From Elainellaceae cyanobacterium (lineage in GTDB: Bacteria; Cyanobacteriota; Cyanobacteriia; CAZCXK01), in contig JBNPEG010000093.1 of the NCBI GenBank assembly GCA_051117555.1, positions 1 to 23,065 on the forward strand: 23,065 nucleotides of DNA. Direction: 5' to 3'. Positions 1-8,338 of this stretch are shown piece after piece (within the stretch, counting starts at the first letter, position 1; every line of letters begins with the position of its first letter). The translations under genes and the position numbers were made by a program. The notes under the pieces are model-generated. The model saw only the letters and a list, made by a program, of their open reading frames with translations. It was not told where the DNA came from and did no database searches.

Positions 1-326
1 ACCCAAACTCAGAATTTGGTGGCATTGCTGAGAGATTCCAGCCTGATTGACTTACAAAAATTTGCTCTGTGGCAGGGATAGACGCATGTAGCGGCATAGC
101 ATTATTTTACTGCTGCGCTAGTGTACTACTGTGCTTGAGCTAGCCTTCAACGTGATGGAACATAGTGACATGGGTGTGGAAGTATCCAATTGCAGTGAAA
201 CCTGTTGTCCCAAGTCGATTAAAAGATAGAAGGGGCGATCGCGCCTATCAAGCAATGGTAGGAATGGAAATCAACGAGCAGAGTAGGATGAGGCTACTGT
301 ATTCGGGCAGACTAGAGTTTCACGGA

Positions 327-435
327 CTAGTACAAGATGGCGGGAGTTTCATAACCGTAGTGTGAGCGTCTCGCTCACGTCGCTGGCAAGATCCCGCACT
401 TAAATGGCTGGCTTATTTTTGCCAAACAGTACTAG
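327..435. repeat. MITE/REP-like short dispersed element
   Basis: Ends CTAGTAC-N5-GGC ... GCC-N5-GTACTAG form an inverted repeat; central hairpin GTGAGCG-tct-CGCTCAC at 362-378. Confidence 0.55.
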
Positions 436-467
436 GTTTGCTGACCTTTAATACCAAGTCTTTCACC

Positions 468-650
468 TTATCTCTTGGCTTGTTTCTCAAAGTCGCTCAC
501 AAAATTTCGCCGATGTTGAATGGGCATAGACGTGTAGATTCCATAGAAGCGGCTGAATGCCCAAAACCACTTAATAATCGACAGTAGATGTGATTTGATG
601 ACAGCATCATCTCCATCATAGATAGAGAATTTCTCGGAGAGCCAAATCAT
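468..650 (-). CDS. small hypothetical protein (60 aa)
   Basis: ATG preceded by a strong Shine-Dalgarno sequence (GGAGGT-aacg-ATG on the minus strand); no family recognised. Confidence 0.45.
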   Translation of the reverse strand: MIWLSEKFSIYDGDDAVIKSHLLSIIKWFWAFSRFYGIYTSMPIQHRRNFVSDFEKQAKR

Positions 651-1017
651 CGTTACCTCCAGAGCAGTAGTTGATAGGTGATAGATCGAGTCTAGGAATT
701 GTCAGGAAAGTAATCAAAAGCTAGAGTCAATGATATCGATGAATAAAATTCATGATTAGGATATGCCTGATTGAAGTAGCGCTGAGTTGATTTCATCTGT
801 TTCACCGTTACACCTTACGGAGTAATCGAGAGTAAATCGGGAAGTCTCCAGCGACCCCGTAGCGATTTATCTCATTGAACTTAATGATGGCATTGCCCCC
901 AGCGTGATTGCTTCCATATCATTACCTCTACCTAGAATTATCCGACCGTACTTTGATGGCCGTTTAGATAAACTAGGTCAGTCAAGCTGTGTTCAAAGCT
1001 TGATATCTTGCCGCTAC

Positions 1018-1108
1018 TATAGCAATCCCAGTTGGCTGTGAGCGGTTGCGCGGTCGACGACTGCCCCACCGCTCACACACAATTCACAAGCGATTTAGAA
1101 TCGCTATA
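1018..1108. repeat. short dispersed repeat, family A (TATAGCaatc...aatcGCTATA)
   Basis: Imperfect terminal inverted repeats; 10-bp stem TGTGAGCGGT (1037-1046)/ACCGCTCACA (1068-1077); homologous to 18774-18986 in opposite orientation. Confidence 0.75.
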
Positions 1109-1280
1109 TTTACTTCATATAGACATCTAGACATCACAGAATCTAAACTCCAAATTCAGTAAATTTGGAAAAGATAGACAGCCTGATGCAACTAACCGTA
1201 TTATTCACAATTCAATATCCGTAGACCAGATACAGTTCTCCTCGATTTCAGGTATCACAGTTCTATAGCAATTGGTGCAA

Positions 1281-1372
1281 TATAGCGGTATGCGCTTGAG
1301 TTAAGCAGGGTGTGTGGGGGCGTGCGCCCTACACCACCATTTTTGTACTTGATGCAATTGCAAATTGCGATA
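1281..1372. repeat. short dispersed repeat, family B
   Basis: Aligns end to end with the reverse complement of 5459-5552 (shared AGCGGTATGCGCTTGAGTTAAGCA); shares 25/26 nt (1329-1354) with 10835-10860. Confidence 0.8.
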
Positions 1373-1380
1373 AATAGAGT

Positions 1381-1460
1381 GATGGCGTTGCCCATTTGAC
1401 GAATGATTTTCGGAGGGGCAATAGCTCTATGGGCATGGCTTATAATCAGGCACCGCCATC
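1381..1460. repeat. short inverted-repeat-bounded element
   Basis: GATGGCGTTGCC ... GGCACCGCCATC, an 11/12 inverted repeat; same GATGGC/GCCATC termini as 10788-10877. Confidence 0.45.
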
Positions 1461-1527
1461 CGAGCAACGATTTCTTAAGCAATCTCAGGATCGTTAATTC
1501 TGTAGCGACAAATCGCTCCATATCTGT

Positions 1528-1567
1528 TGGCTATAACTGGCTATAACTGGCTATAACTGGCTATAAA
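1528..1567. repeat. 10-bp tandem repeat (TGGCTATAAC)x4
   Basis: Read directly; the last copy ends in A instead of C. Confidence 0.9.
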
Positions 1568-1783
1568 TTAGCTAAGGCTTTGCTTTAAGCTGTAGAATAT
1601 TAGAAAATCTGTAAACATACGTTTACGGGATCACTGATGTAGCAAAGTCAATCACTAACCTGCATCCAACTGCTCAGTTCTCGTCCACCGCGCATCCAAT
1701 TCAATCGAATTTGACGAAGCGGTTTTTAAGGATTGAGCTCAAATTCATCCGCTAGCTGTTTTGGAAACTTTTTTGCTTAAACC

Positions 1784-2326
1784 ATGACTCAAATTTCTGG
1801 AACTCCTGACGTACCCGATATGAGTCGTCGCCAGTTTATGAACTTGCTCACCTTCGGGGCCGTGACAGGAACCGCCCTGGGGGCGCTTTATCCAGTTGTG
1901 AAGTATTTCATTCCGCCCTCTGCGGGTGGGACTGGTGGCGGCGTACTCGCTAAAGATGCGCTCGGAAATAATGTCGTTGCTAGTGAGTTCTTGTCTAGCC
2001 ACGCTGTTGGCGATCGCGTCTTGACGCAAGGTCTTAAAGGCGACCCAACTTATGTAGTGGTCGAGAGCAGTGATTCGATTGCAGACTATGGTCTGAATGC
2101 CATTTGCACCCATCTAGGTTGTGTCGTGCCTTGGAATGGAGCTGAGAATAAATTTATCTGCCCGTGTCACGGATCTCAATACAACAGCCAAGGAAAGGTC
2201 GTTCGGGGTCCCGCTCCTTTATCTCTGGCGCTCGTTCATGCGAACGTGACTGATGGTGGCGAGATCGCTCTAACCCAATGGACTGAAACCGATTTTCGAA
2301 CCAATGAAGATCCCTGGTGGGCTTAG
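1784..2326 (+). CDS. petC: cytochrome b6f Rieske iron-sulfur subunit
   Basis: Tat motif SRRQFM, TM helix, Rieske boxes CTHLGCV and [13 protein letters not shown]-terminal PWW. Confidence 0.98.
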   Translation: MTQISGTPDVPDMSRRQFMNLLTFGAVTGTALGALYPVVKYFIPPSAGGTGGGVLAKDALGNNVVASEFLSSHAVGDRVLTQGLKGDPTYVVVESSDSIADYGLNAICTHLGCVVPWNGAENKFICPCHGSQYNSQGKVVRGPAPLSLALVHANVTDGGEIALTQWTETDFRTNEDPWWA

Positions 2327-2494
2327 TCAACCACACATGGCTAGCAGTTGACGGCTTCGCTCCTGATCTTGAGCTGCATGTTCAGATGTAGGCATGCTTT
2401 CAAGAAATCCGTGCGATCGCCCGTCTAGAGTATTGAAATAGTTTGCTCAAACCGCTCTCTTCTGTCTGATCCTTTGTTAGAACACCTGTTACTG

Positions 2495-3484
2495 ATGAGA
2501 AAAAACATTTGGTTACCTCGACTGCTTAGCGGCTATAGGGTTGGCGTTAAAAGTGTATTCGTTACACTTGTCGCAATGACTCTATTCTTCGCAAGCGATA
2601 TTTTCTTTCCCAGCTCTGCGGCTGCTTATCCATTTTGGGCCCAGCAAAACTATGACAGCCCTCGCGAGGCAACTGGTCGCATCGTTTGTGCCAACTGTCA
2701 TCTTGGGGCAATGCCAACTCAGGTTGAAGTTCCTCAGTCTGTATTGCCCGATAGCGTATTTAAGGCCGTGGTCAAGATTCCATATGACTTGAGCACTCAG
2801 CAGGTCTTGGCGAATGGCGAAAAGGGGCCGCTTAATGTCGGAGCCGTATTAATGCTCCCTGAAGGCTTTAAAATTGCTCCGGACGACCGAATTCCAGAAG
2901 AAATGAAGGAAGAAGTGGGTCCTAGCTATTTATTTCAGTCGTATAGCGAAGACCAAGATAATATTGTCCTGGTTGGTCCCTTACCGGGCGAACAATATCA
3001 GGAAATTGTGTTTCCAGTGCTCTCGCCTGATCCAGGCTCTAATAAGGCGATCGCATTCGGCAAATATTCGGTTCACGCCGGTGGAAACCGAGGCCGTGGG
3101 CAAGTATATCCCACGGGTGAAAAGAGCAATAACGCAGTCTATAAGGCTTCTAAGTCTGGAACGGTGTCTCAAATTGAGCAGACCGATGATGGCGGCTACT
3201 CGGTGAGTATCCTGACCTCGGATAGTGGAACCGTTGTAGATACAATTCCAGCAGGGCCTGAGCTGATTGTTGCCAAGGGTGATGACGTGACTGCTGGTGC
3301 GCCGCTAACCTCTAATCCCAACGTGGGTGGATTTGGCCAGATGGATACTGAAATCGTTCTGCAAAGCTCAGGACGTGTCAAAGGGCTGATTGCGTTCGTT
3401 GCTGCCATCATGTTGTCTCAAATATTGCTGGTGCTGAAGAAGAAGCAGGTTGAGAAAGTTCAAGAGGCAGAAATGAGCTTCTAG
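2495..3484 (+). CDS. petA: apocytochrome f
   Basis: Signal peptide then YPFWAQ, heme motif [23 protein letters not shown]-terminal TM and [12 protein letters not shown] at 2495 preferred over TTG at 2474. Confidence 0.98.
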   Translation: MRKNIWLPRLLSGYRVGVKSVFVTLVAMTLFFASDIFFPSSAAAYPFWAQQNYDSPREATGRIVCANCHLGAMPTQVEVPQSVLPDSVFKAVVKIPYDLSTQQVLANGEKGPLNVGAVLMLPEGFKIAPDDRIPEEMKEEVGPSYLFQSYSEDQDNIVLVGPLPGEQYQEIVFPVLSPDPGSNKAIAFGKYSVHAGGNRGRGQVYPTGEKSNNAVYKASKSGTVSQIEQTDDGGYSVSILTSDSGTVVDTIPAGPELIVAKGDDVTAGAPLTSNPNVGGFGQMDTEIVLQSSGRVKGLIAFVAAIMLSQILLVLKKKQVEKVQEAEMSF

Positions 3485-3516
3485 ACATTGCCAATTCAGC
3501 CTAGTTCTATCATTTC

Positions 3517-3544
3517 AACACTCCTGCAAGGGAGTGTTTTTTTT
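3517..3544 (+). terminator. intrinsic terminator of petCA
   Basis: AACACTCCT-GCAA-GGGAGTGTT hairpin followed by a T run, just downstream of the petA stop. Confidence 0.85.
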
Positions 3545-3717
3545 GGCGATCGCATTTGTAAGACCTGAATCATCACCAAAATCGCTGGAGTCCGCGTAGA
3601 CGTTCGTGAACGCGCATTTTACTGTGTAAGGTGCGATTCCCTCTGCGAGCAGCCGCGAAGTACAGCAGCTAGACCCCTTTCAAACATCCTCTAGCGACCA
3701 GCTATGGATACGCTGAC

Positions 3718-5307
3718 CTACAGCGGGCGATATACTCGATAGTTGATGTTAGGGAAAATGTTGTCGATTGCTTCGACCTTTTCTAACCAACCCGCATCAA
3801 TTTTGTCTTGCAGCAGATCGTCGCGGATTTTGTTAAACCGCATCAAGTGCGATCGCGTTCGCCGCACCGCATAGGGCACCATCGTACCTGTTCGCATAAT
3901 AAATGCCCAATCGGATGACTGCGCCAGCAATAATTCTCTAGCAGCCTGATTGAGTGCACGCCACTCTAGCTCATCGATGGGTTCTCGACGCGAAAGCTCA
4001 ATCATCCGTTCGGTTGCTTTATGCAGATGAGGATAAATCCAAGAGTTAGCTTCATTGAGCCAATATTCATGAAAGCCTTTAAATCCCCAACTAGATTGGG
4101 ACGGACGACACACCTGCTGCACCGGATTGGTTCGCAGATAATCGGATAGGTGGGTCATCTCAAACGTGTTTTGATCGTGCCAAGACTTTCTAAACAAATA
4201 GTCGAGGAACCACGGACCTTCATACCACCAGTGACCAAAAAGCTCTGCATCGTAGGGGGAAACAATAATAGGATTCCGTTGCATTACACCGTGGAGGTGA
4301 GCAACCTGTTTCTCCCGGTTATACATAAAGTTGCCCGCATGCTCGGCTGCTTTTTCACGAGCCCAGTAGGGGTCATACCAGTGCTTATCGCTTAGACCAA
4401 GACCTTTACCAGTAATTTTATGATATTTGATGCCTGTGTTTTTTCGTTGCCCATTTGGCATGATATAGGGCTTGATATATTCATACTCGGCGTCCCACCC
4501 CAAGTCACGATAAAACTCACGATATTCAGGCGCTCCTGGATAGCCAACCTCAGACGACCAGACTTGTTGAGATGATTCATGGTCGCGGCCAAACGCAGCA
4601 ACGCCTGATTCTGCAAAAATAGGAGCGTAGGTGCCAAATCGCGGTCGAGGACGAGCGTATAAGATGCCGTGTCCGTCTGTGAGAAAATAGCGCACACCCG
4701 CATCTGCCAGCATTCGCTCAAGCCCCTCATAATAGGCGCATTCGGGTAACCAAATTCCGCTTGGTGGGCGGCCAAAAACATCTTCATAGTGCTCGACAGC
4801 AACTTTGATCTGCGCCCACACCGATTGGGGATACATTTTCATTAACGGCAGGTAGCCGTGAGTTGCCCCGCAAGTCATGATGTCTAGATTATGGCTGTCT
4901 AGAAACTGCTTGAAGGCAGCGACTAAATCGTGGTCATAGCGTTCCCATAAATCGCGTACATTATTGAATTCTTTGGCATAGTGTTCGGCTAGATAGCGGA
5001 TGTGACCGTTATGTACATTTCGTTCGATTTCCATCTCTGCCAATTCTTCTAGCATGGCAAGATGGGCATCATATCTCTCTTGTAATAAAGGATCTTTGAG
5101 CATTGACACAAGGGGAGGAGTCATGCTCATAGTCATTTTGAAATCGATGCCGTCTCGCTTTAATCCTTCAAATACTAATAAAAGTGGAATATAGGTTTCT
5201 GTGATGGCTTCAAATAGCCACTCTTCTTCAAGCACGTAGTCGCTTTCGGGATGGCGAACAAACGGAAGATGAGCATGTAAAACGAGCGCGAGATATCCGA
5301 TACTCAT
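3718..5307 (-). CDS. GH57 family 1,4-alpha-glucan branching enzyme (DUF1957-containing)
   Basis: LHAHLPFVRH, nucleophile motif GIWLPECAY, acid/base motif PYDAELFGHWWYEG, and ELLLAQSSDWAF. Confidence 0.93.
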   Translation of the reverse strand: MSIGYLALVLHAHLPFVRHPESDYVLEEEWLFEAITETYIPLLLVFEGLKRDGIDFKMTMSMTPPLVSMLKDPLLQERYDAHLAMLEELAEMEIERNVHNGHIRYLAEHYAKEFNNVRDLWERYDHDLVAAFKQFLDSHNLDIMTCGATHGYLPLMKMYPQSVWAQIKVAVEHYEDVFGRPPSGIWLPECAYYEGLERMLADAGVRYFLTDGHGILYARPRPRFGTYAPIFAESGVAAFGRDHESSQQVWSSEVGYPGAPEYREFYRDLGWDAEYEYIKPYIMPNGQRKNTGIKYHKITGKGLGLSDKHWYDPYWAREKAAEHAGNFMYNREKQVAHLHGVMQRNPIIVSPYDAELFGHWWYEGPWFLDYLFRKSWHDQNTFEMTHLSDYLRTNPVQQVCRPSQSSWGFKGFHEYWLNEANSWIYPHLHKATERMIELSRREPIDELEWRALNQAARELLLAQSSDWAFIMRTGTMVPYAVRRTRSHLMRFNKIRDDLLQDKIDAGWLEKVEAIDNIFPNINYRVYRPL

Positions 5308-5458
5308 AAGGCTAGATTGTAATGAGACAGCGTAAACGGCCTGACTACCATAACTTACATTAGGTTGCTGCCATGATTGTAAGTCAAAAGTTCTGTATGA
5401 TTTTACTGCGTATTGGGTAAGCCTGATTGACTAACCAGTGGCGTTGCTCGATGCCAGA

Positions 5459-5552
5459 TATAGCAATTTTCAATTGCGCTCAGCACAGAAATGGTGATGT
5501 GGGCCGCGGCGTGCCCATATCACCGTGCTTAACTCAAGCGCATACCGCTGTA
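5459..5552. repeat. short dispersed repeat, family B (inverted relative to 1281-1372)
   Basis: Reverse complement aligns with 1281-1372; central hairpin GGTGATGTGGGC/GCCCATATCACC at 5493-5524. Confidence 0.8.
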
Positions 5553-5795
5553 GAACACGGTTTTAATGCATAAAATTGCTTATGCATTAAATTTTTATGC
5601 ATAAGATAAAAAGCGACTGCTTCGGCTATGCAATCGCTTAGACAGGTAGGGATCATGATTTGCAATGCGATCGCTCGCCTAGATCTCACTCGGAGAACTA
5701 TCGTGGAGTGATGCGATCGCATCCGCCGAACACGTGATCATTAGCATACCTATATCTAGGAAAATTGCAAGCGATCAATGAATATGAAACGCTAT

Positions 5796-5835
5796 CTGTA
5801 GGGACAAGCTGTAGGGACAAGCTATAGGCGCAAGC
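5796..5835. repeat. 13-bp tandem repeat (CTGTAGGGACAAG)x2 plus a degenerate third copy
   Basis: Read directly. Confidence 0.85.
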
Positions 5836-5888
5836 ATCGGCGGATTGTAAAGAGCGCGATCGCTATCTAGAGCAGATATCACCAATCC

Positions 5889-6179
5889 TCAGCAGAAATG
5901 AGGATGCAAATCATCTTCGGGGAACCACCATTCTTCGATGAAGCTTGGGTTCCTTGGATTTGCAGAATATAACTCGTAGTGCCAGGCTTGCTCTTCGGGA
6001 ACATAATTGAGCCCGGTTACATATCCAACGCGACCGTCTTTGGTCACAATCTCTTGCCCAAAACAAAATTTGGGCTGACTGAAGTTAAGCCGAGGGACAT
6101 CTCTGATGGCGATAGCTTTTGAAACCATTCCCAACACCTCGCTGCCCGATGGAATAACTATCTCATTCATAAAGGTCAT
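5889..6179 (-). CDS. small hypothetical protein, SH3/KOW-like (DUF1392/YorP-like)
   Basis: Pattern PKFCFGQEI..G.VGYVTGL.Y.....WHYEL......W..EDDL is typical of small cyanobacterial SH3-barrel proteins; family assignment is from memory. Confidence 0.65.
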   Translation of the reverse strand: MTFMNEIVIPSGSEVLGMVSKAIAIRDVPRLNFSQPKFCFGQEIVTKDGRVGYVTGLNYVPEEQAWHYELYSANPRNPSFIEEWWFPEDDLHPHFC

Positions 6180-6576
6180 AATTCGTAAATAGGATTACAA
6201 ATGCGATCGCAGCGTGATATCTAAAGCAGGAATCGCAGAATCTCAGCAGTTTCGTGATGTATTCAAATTAACAAGGAAAAGTAAGGATAATATAAGAGCG
6301 CCTCCATAAAGTCGAGTTGACAGTGGATTATCCTTGCTAATAAAGCGATAACGAATCATAGATGCCTGATCAAATGTCTCAAGACCGCTCACAAATAGGC
6401 CAGTTTCAGTCAGTTTAACTGACACTCAATTAAGCAAATCGTAGCAATACAATTGTCATACATGTGGTGCTATCTTCTGTTGTTATCCGTGGGTTTCTAC
6501 AGATTAAATCATTGGCATTTATGGCAAATAGATATGGCAAACGACTGAAGTATTTAGAGGATGGCTTTAAAGTCTC

Positions 6577-6706
6577 CGGTTGGGTTGCCTTAGCGACTAC
6601 CGTTCTCTTGACAGAGACGCCGCGCGTCACATATCGCTTGCGAAACCCAGGGTTCGAACCCGTGTCGGTAGGGTGTGAAAGTCAGCGGAAACTGACTGTC
6701 TGTTGA
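6577..6706 (+). ncRNA. candidate structured RNA (multi-hairpin, possibly C4-antisense-like)
   Basis: GC-rich hairpin cluster in an AT-rich spacer: 6577-6602, 6616-6628, 6634-6643, 6650-6661 (GGGTTCGAACCC) and 6680-6697; G-U pairs favour the + strand. Confidence 0.35.
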
Positions 6707-6829
6707 GGCTCGGTTAGTCTTAGAGGATCTGCTATGCGTCTACAATCGCCGACCGTATGATCTGTGTGATCTTGTTTCACTCAACTGGGACTAGTATTCT
6801 TCAGGAGTGGCGTTCTTGCTCTGCTAGTC

Positions 6830-6855
6830 TTATGAGTGTATGCATACACTCATAA
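6830..6855. promoter_or_regulatory. perfect 26-bp palindrome, putative protein-binding site
   Basis: TTATGAGTGTATGCATACACTCATAA is its own reverse complement; function is inferred. Confidence 0.5.
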
Positions 6856-7075
6856 TTCGCATAAAGGGCATAGGGTCGCCTGATTGACTGCTCGATAGTG
6901 TCAATATTCATGAATCACGATGTCCTAATCAGTCAAAATAGGAATAAAACGTTGGAAATGTTGTGATGGGAATGCCTGATAATCATGAGCTTTATGTCAA
7001 ATGATTAGCAATACCATCGCAGATGTCTGCAATTATTGTGGGTAGCATATTTGTACGGCTATTTTTTGATGGACT

Positions 7076-8209
7076 ATGACAAAGCCAAACCTCTTGGAAC
7101 TGGCAAAGCAGGGTAATCCTCAGGCGATCGCGGCTCTTATGAATCACTCCTTGAAGCCCAAGGGGATTGTGGCAAAGGTTCAGGCTCAGGGCGATCGCCT
7201 CCAAGTCTTGCTTGAGGCTGCTCAAACGCCTAATCGGCAGGTGCTGACCAATTTTGTTAGAAACGGGCTCAATCATCTCAATATCGATTCGATTCAATTC
7301 GTTCAAGTCTCTGGGCAGCAAACGGGTGCAAATCAGCCTGCTTGGACGCAGCGTCTTGAGGTCGGTCCGTCGTCGTTAAATTCGTCGCAGCCAGTGCCAG
7401 GAGCCGCAACATCAGCTCCCAAATCGGTTGCGCCACCACCGCCTAAACGTCCGATGGAGATGCCTCCACCACCACCCCGTCCCCCTATTACTGCTTCACC
7501 CACAGTCCTTCAACCGGATGATGAAACTCCAGTTGTTTCAGGTTCTCCGTCCTCCAATGAGGTAGCGTCTGTCTCCAGTCAGCCCAATGTGATCTCAGAT
7601 AATGAGAGTGACGAATTTGACTTAGATTATCTAGATGACGACGATGAACCTGACGAAACGCTGTTATCACAGCCTCCTACTGCCCGGCACCATGAAGAAC
7701 TTGACGATTTATTGAGTGATGACCAGTTCATTGACAATCTGTTAACAGACGAAGCAAGAGCCACGGGTTACTCTCAGTCCGCACTATCCATTACTGATGC
7801 TGCGGAGCCTGATATTGATGCGCCTGAATTACCAGAAAATATCAAGGAATTGGACGACGTTGTCATCGGAGACGCCCAAACCGAATACGGCATCGCTGAT
7901 GGTGATGATAATGACCAGCCTAAGACGATATCACCCGATGAACCTGAAGGTGAGGCAATTGAAACGACGGGCGACGATGGCGATGCTCTGCCCGCATCTC
8001 AATCAGGACGAGACTCAACGACGCCTAATCGGATTCTATTTATCCTGATTTTATTTATCGTTGCAGGATGGCTGTTTGGCATGATCGGGTATTCGCTTTG
8101 GGCTCATCTGTCTAATCCTTCTGAGCAATTAGATCTCTCTCCGTCGTCCCGGTCTGCCTTACCGACTGGAACTGAGCCAATCCCTTTCGATGGTTCTCCT
8201 CCGATTTGA
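7076..8209 (+). CDS. single-pass membrane protein: conserved cyanobacterial N-terminal domain, Pro-rich and acidic linker, C-terminal TM
   Basis: 377-aa ORF; N-terminal LELAKQGNPQAIAALMN...W domain; long P- and D/E-rich region; TM ILFILILFIVAGWLFGMIGYSLW. Confidence 0.85.
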   Translation: MTKPNLLELAKQGNPQAIAALMNHSLKPKGIVAKVQAQGDRLQVLLEAAQTPNRQVLTNFVRNGLNHLNIDSIQFVQVSGQQTGANQPAWTQRLEVGPSSLNSSQPVPGAATSAPKSVAPPPPKRPMEMPPPPPRPPITASPTVLQPDDETPVVSGSPSSNEVASVSSQPNVISDNESDEFDLDYLDDDDEPDETLLSQPPTARHHEELDDLLSDDQFIDNLLTDEARATGYSQSALSITDAAEPDIDAPELPENIKELDDVVIGDAQTEYGIADGDDNDQPKTISPDEPEGEAIETTGDDGDALPASQSGRDSTTPNRILFILILFIVAGWLFGMIGYSLWAHLSNPSEQLDLSPSSRSALPTGTEPIPFDGSPPI

Positions 8210-8240
8210 AACAGTCCTGATTATGAATCCTCAGACGGTC

Positions 8241-8288
8241 AAACACAGCATTGAAACACAGCATTGCTAACGTACGCCTAACGTACAC
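8241..8288. repeat. two adjacent tandem duplications, (AAACACAGCATTG)x2 and (CTAACGTACRC)x2
   Basis: Read directly in the 129-bp intergenic spacer. Confidence 0.75.
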
Positions 8289-8338
8289 GCCAGACCGCAT
8301 TTAGTATCTGCCCGTGAAATACACGTCATGCGACAATC

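Noticed and set aside
1..97. Open frames at the window edge (+ frame 1-81 ending ...FALWQG*; - frame from ATG at 97)
   Set aside because: Too short and truncated to decide; no recognisable motif.
1255..1521. 88-aa ORF, and similarly 5534..5722, 10698..10940 and 18803..18994
   Set aside because: These run through dispersed repeat elements and have no protein-like features.
1528..1567. CRISPR array, also considered for the 13-bp repeats and 19537-19623
   Set aside because: Units are directly adjacent with no unique spacers, and there are no cas genes.
6640..6670. tRNA gene suggested by GGTTCGAACCC
   Set aside because: No acceptor stem, D-arm or anticodon arm at tRNA spacing; kept only as part of the candidate ncRNA.
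6243..6706. Short ORFs 6243..6425, 6430..6630 and 6464..6706
   Set aside because: Overlapping, no clear RBS or domain; better explained as non-coding or structured sequence.
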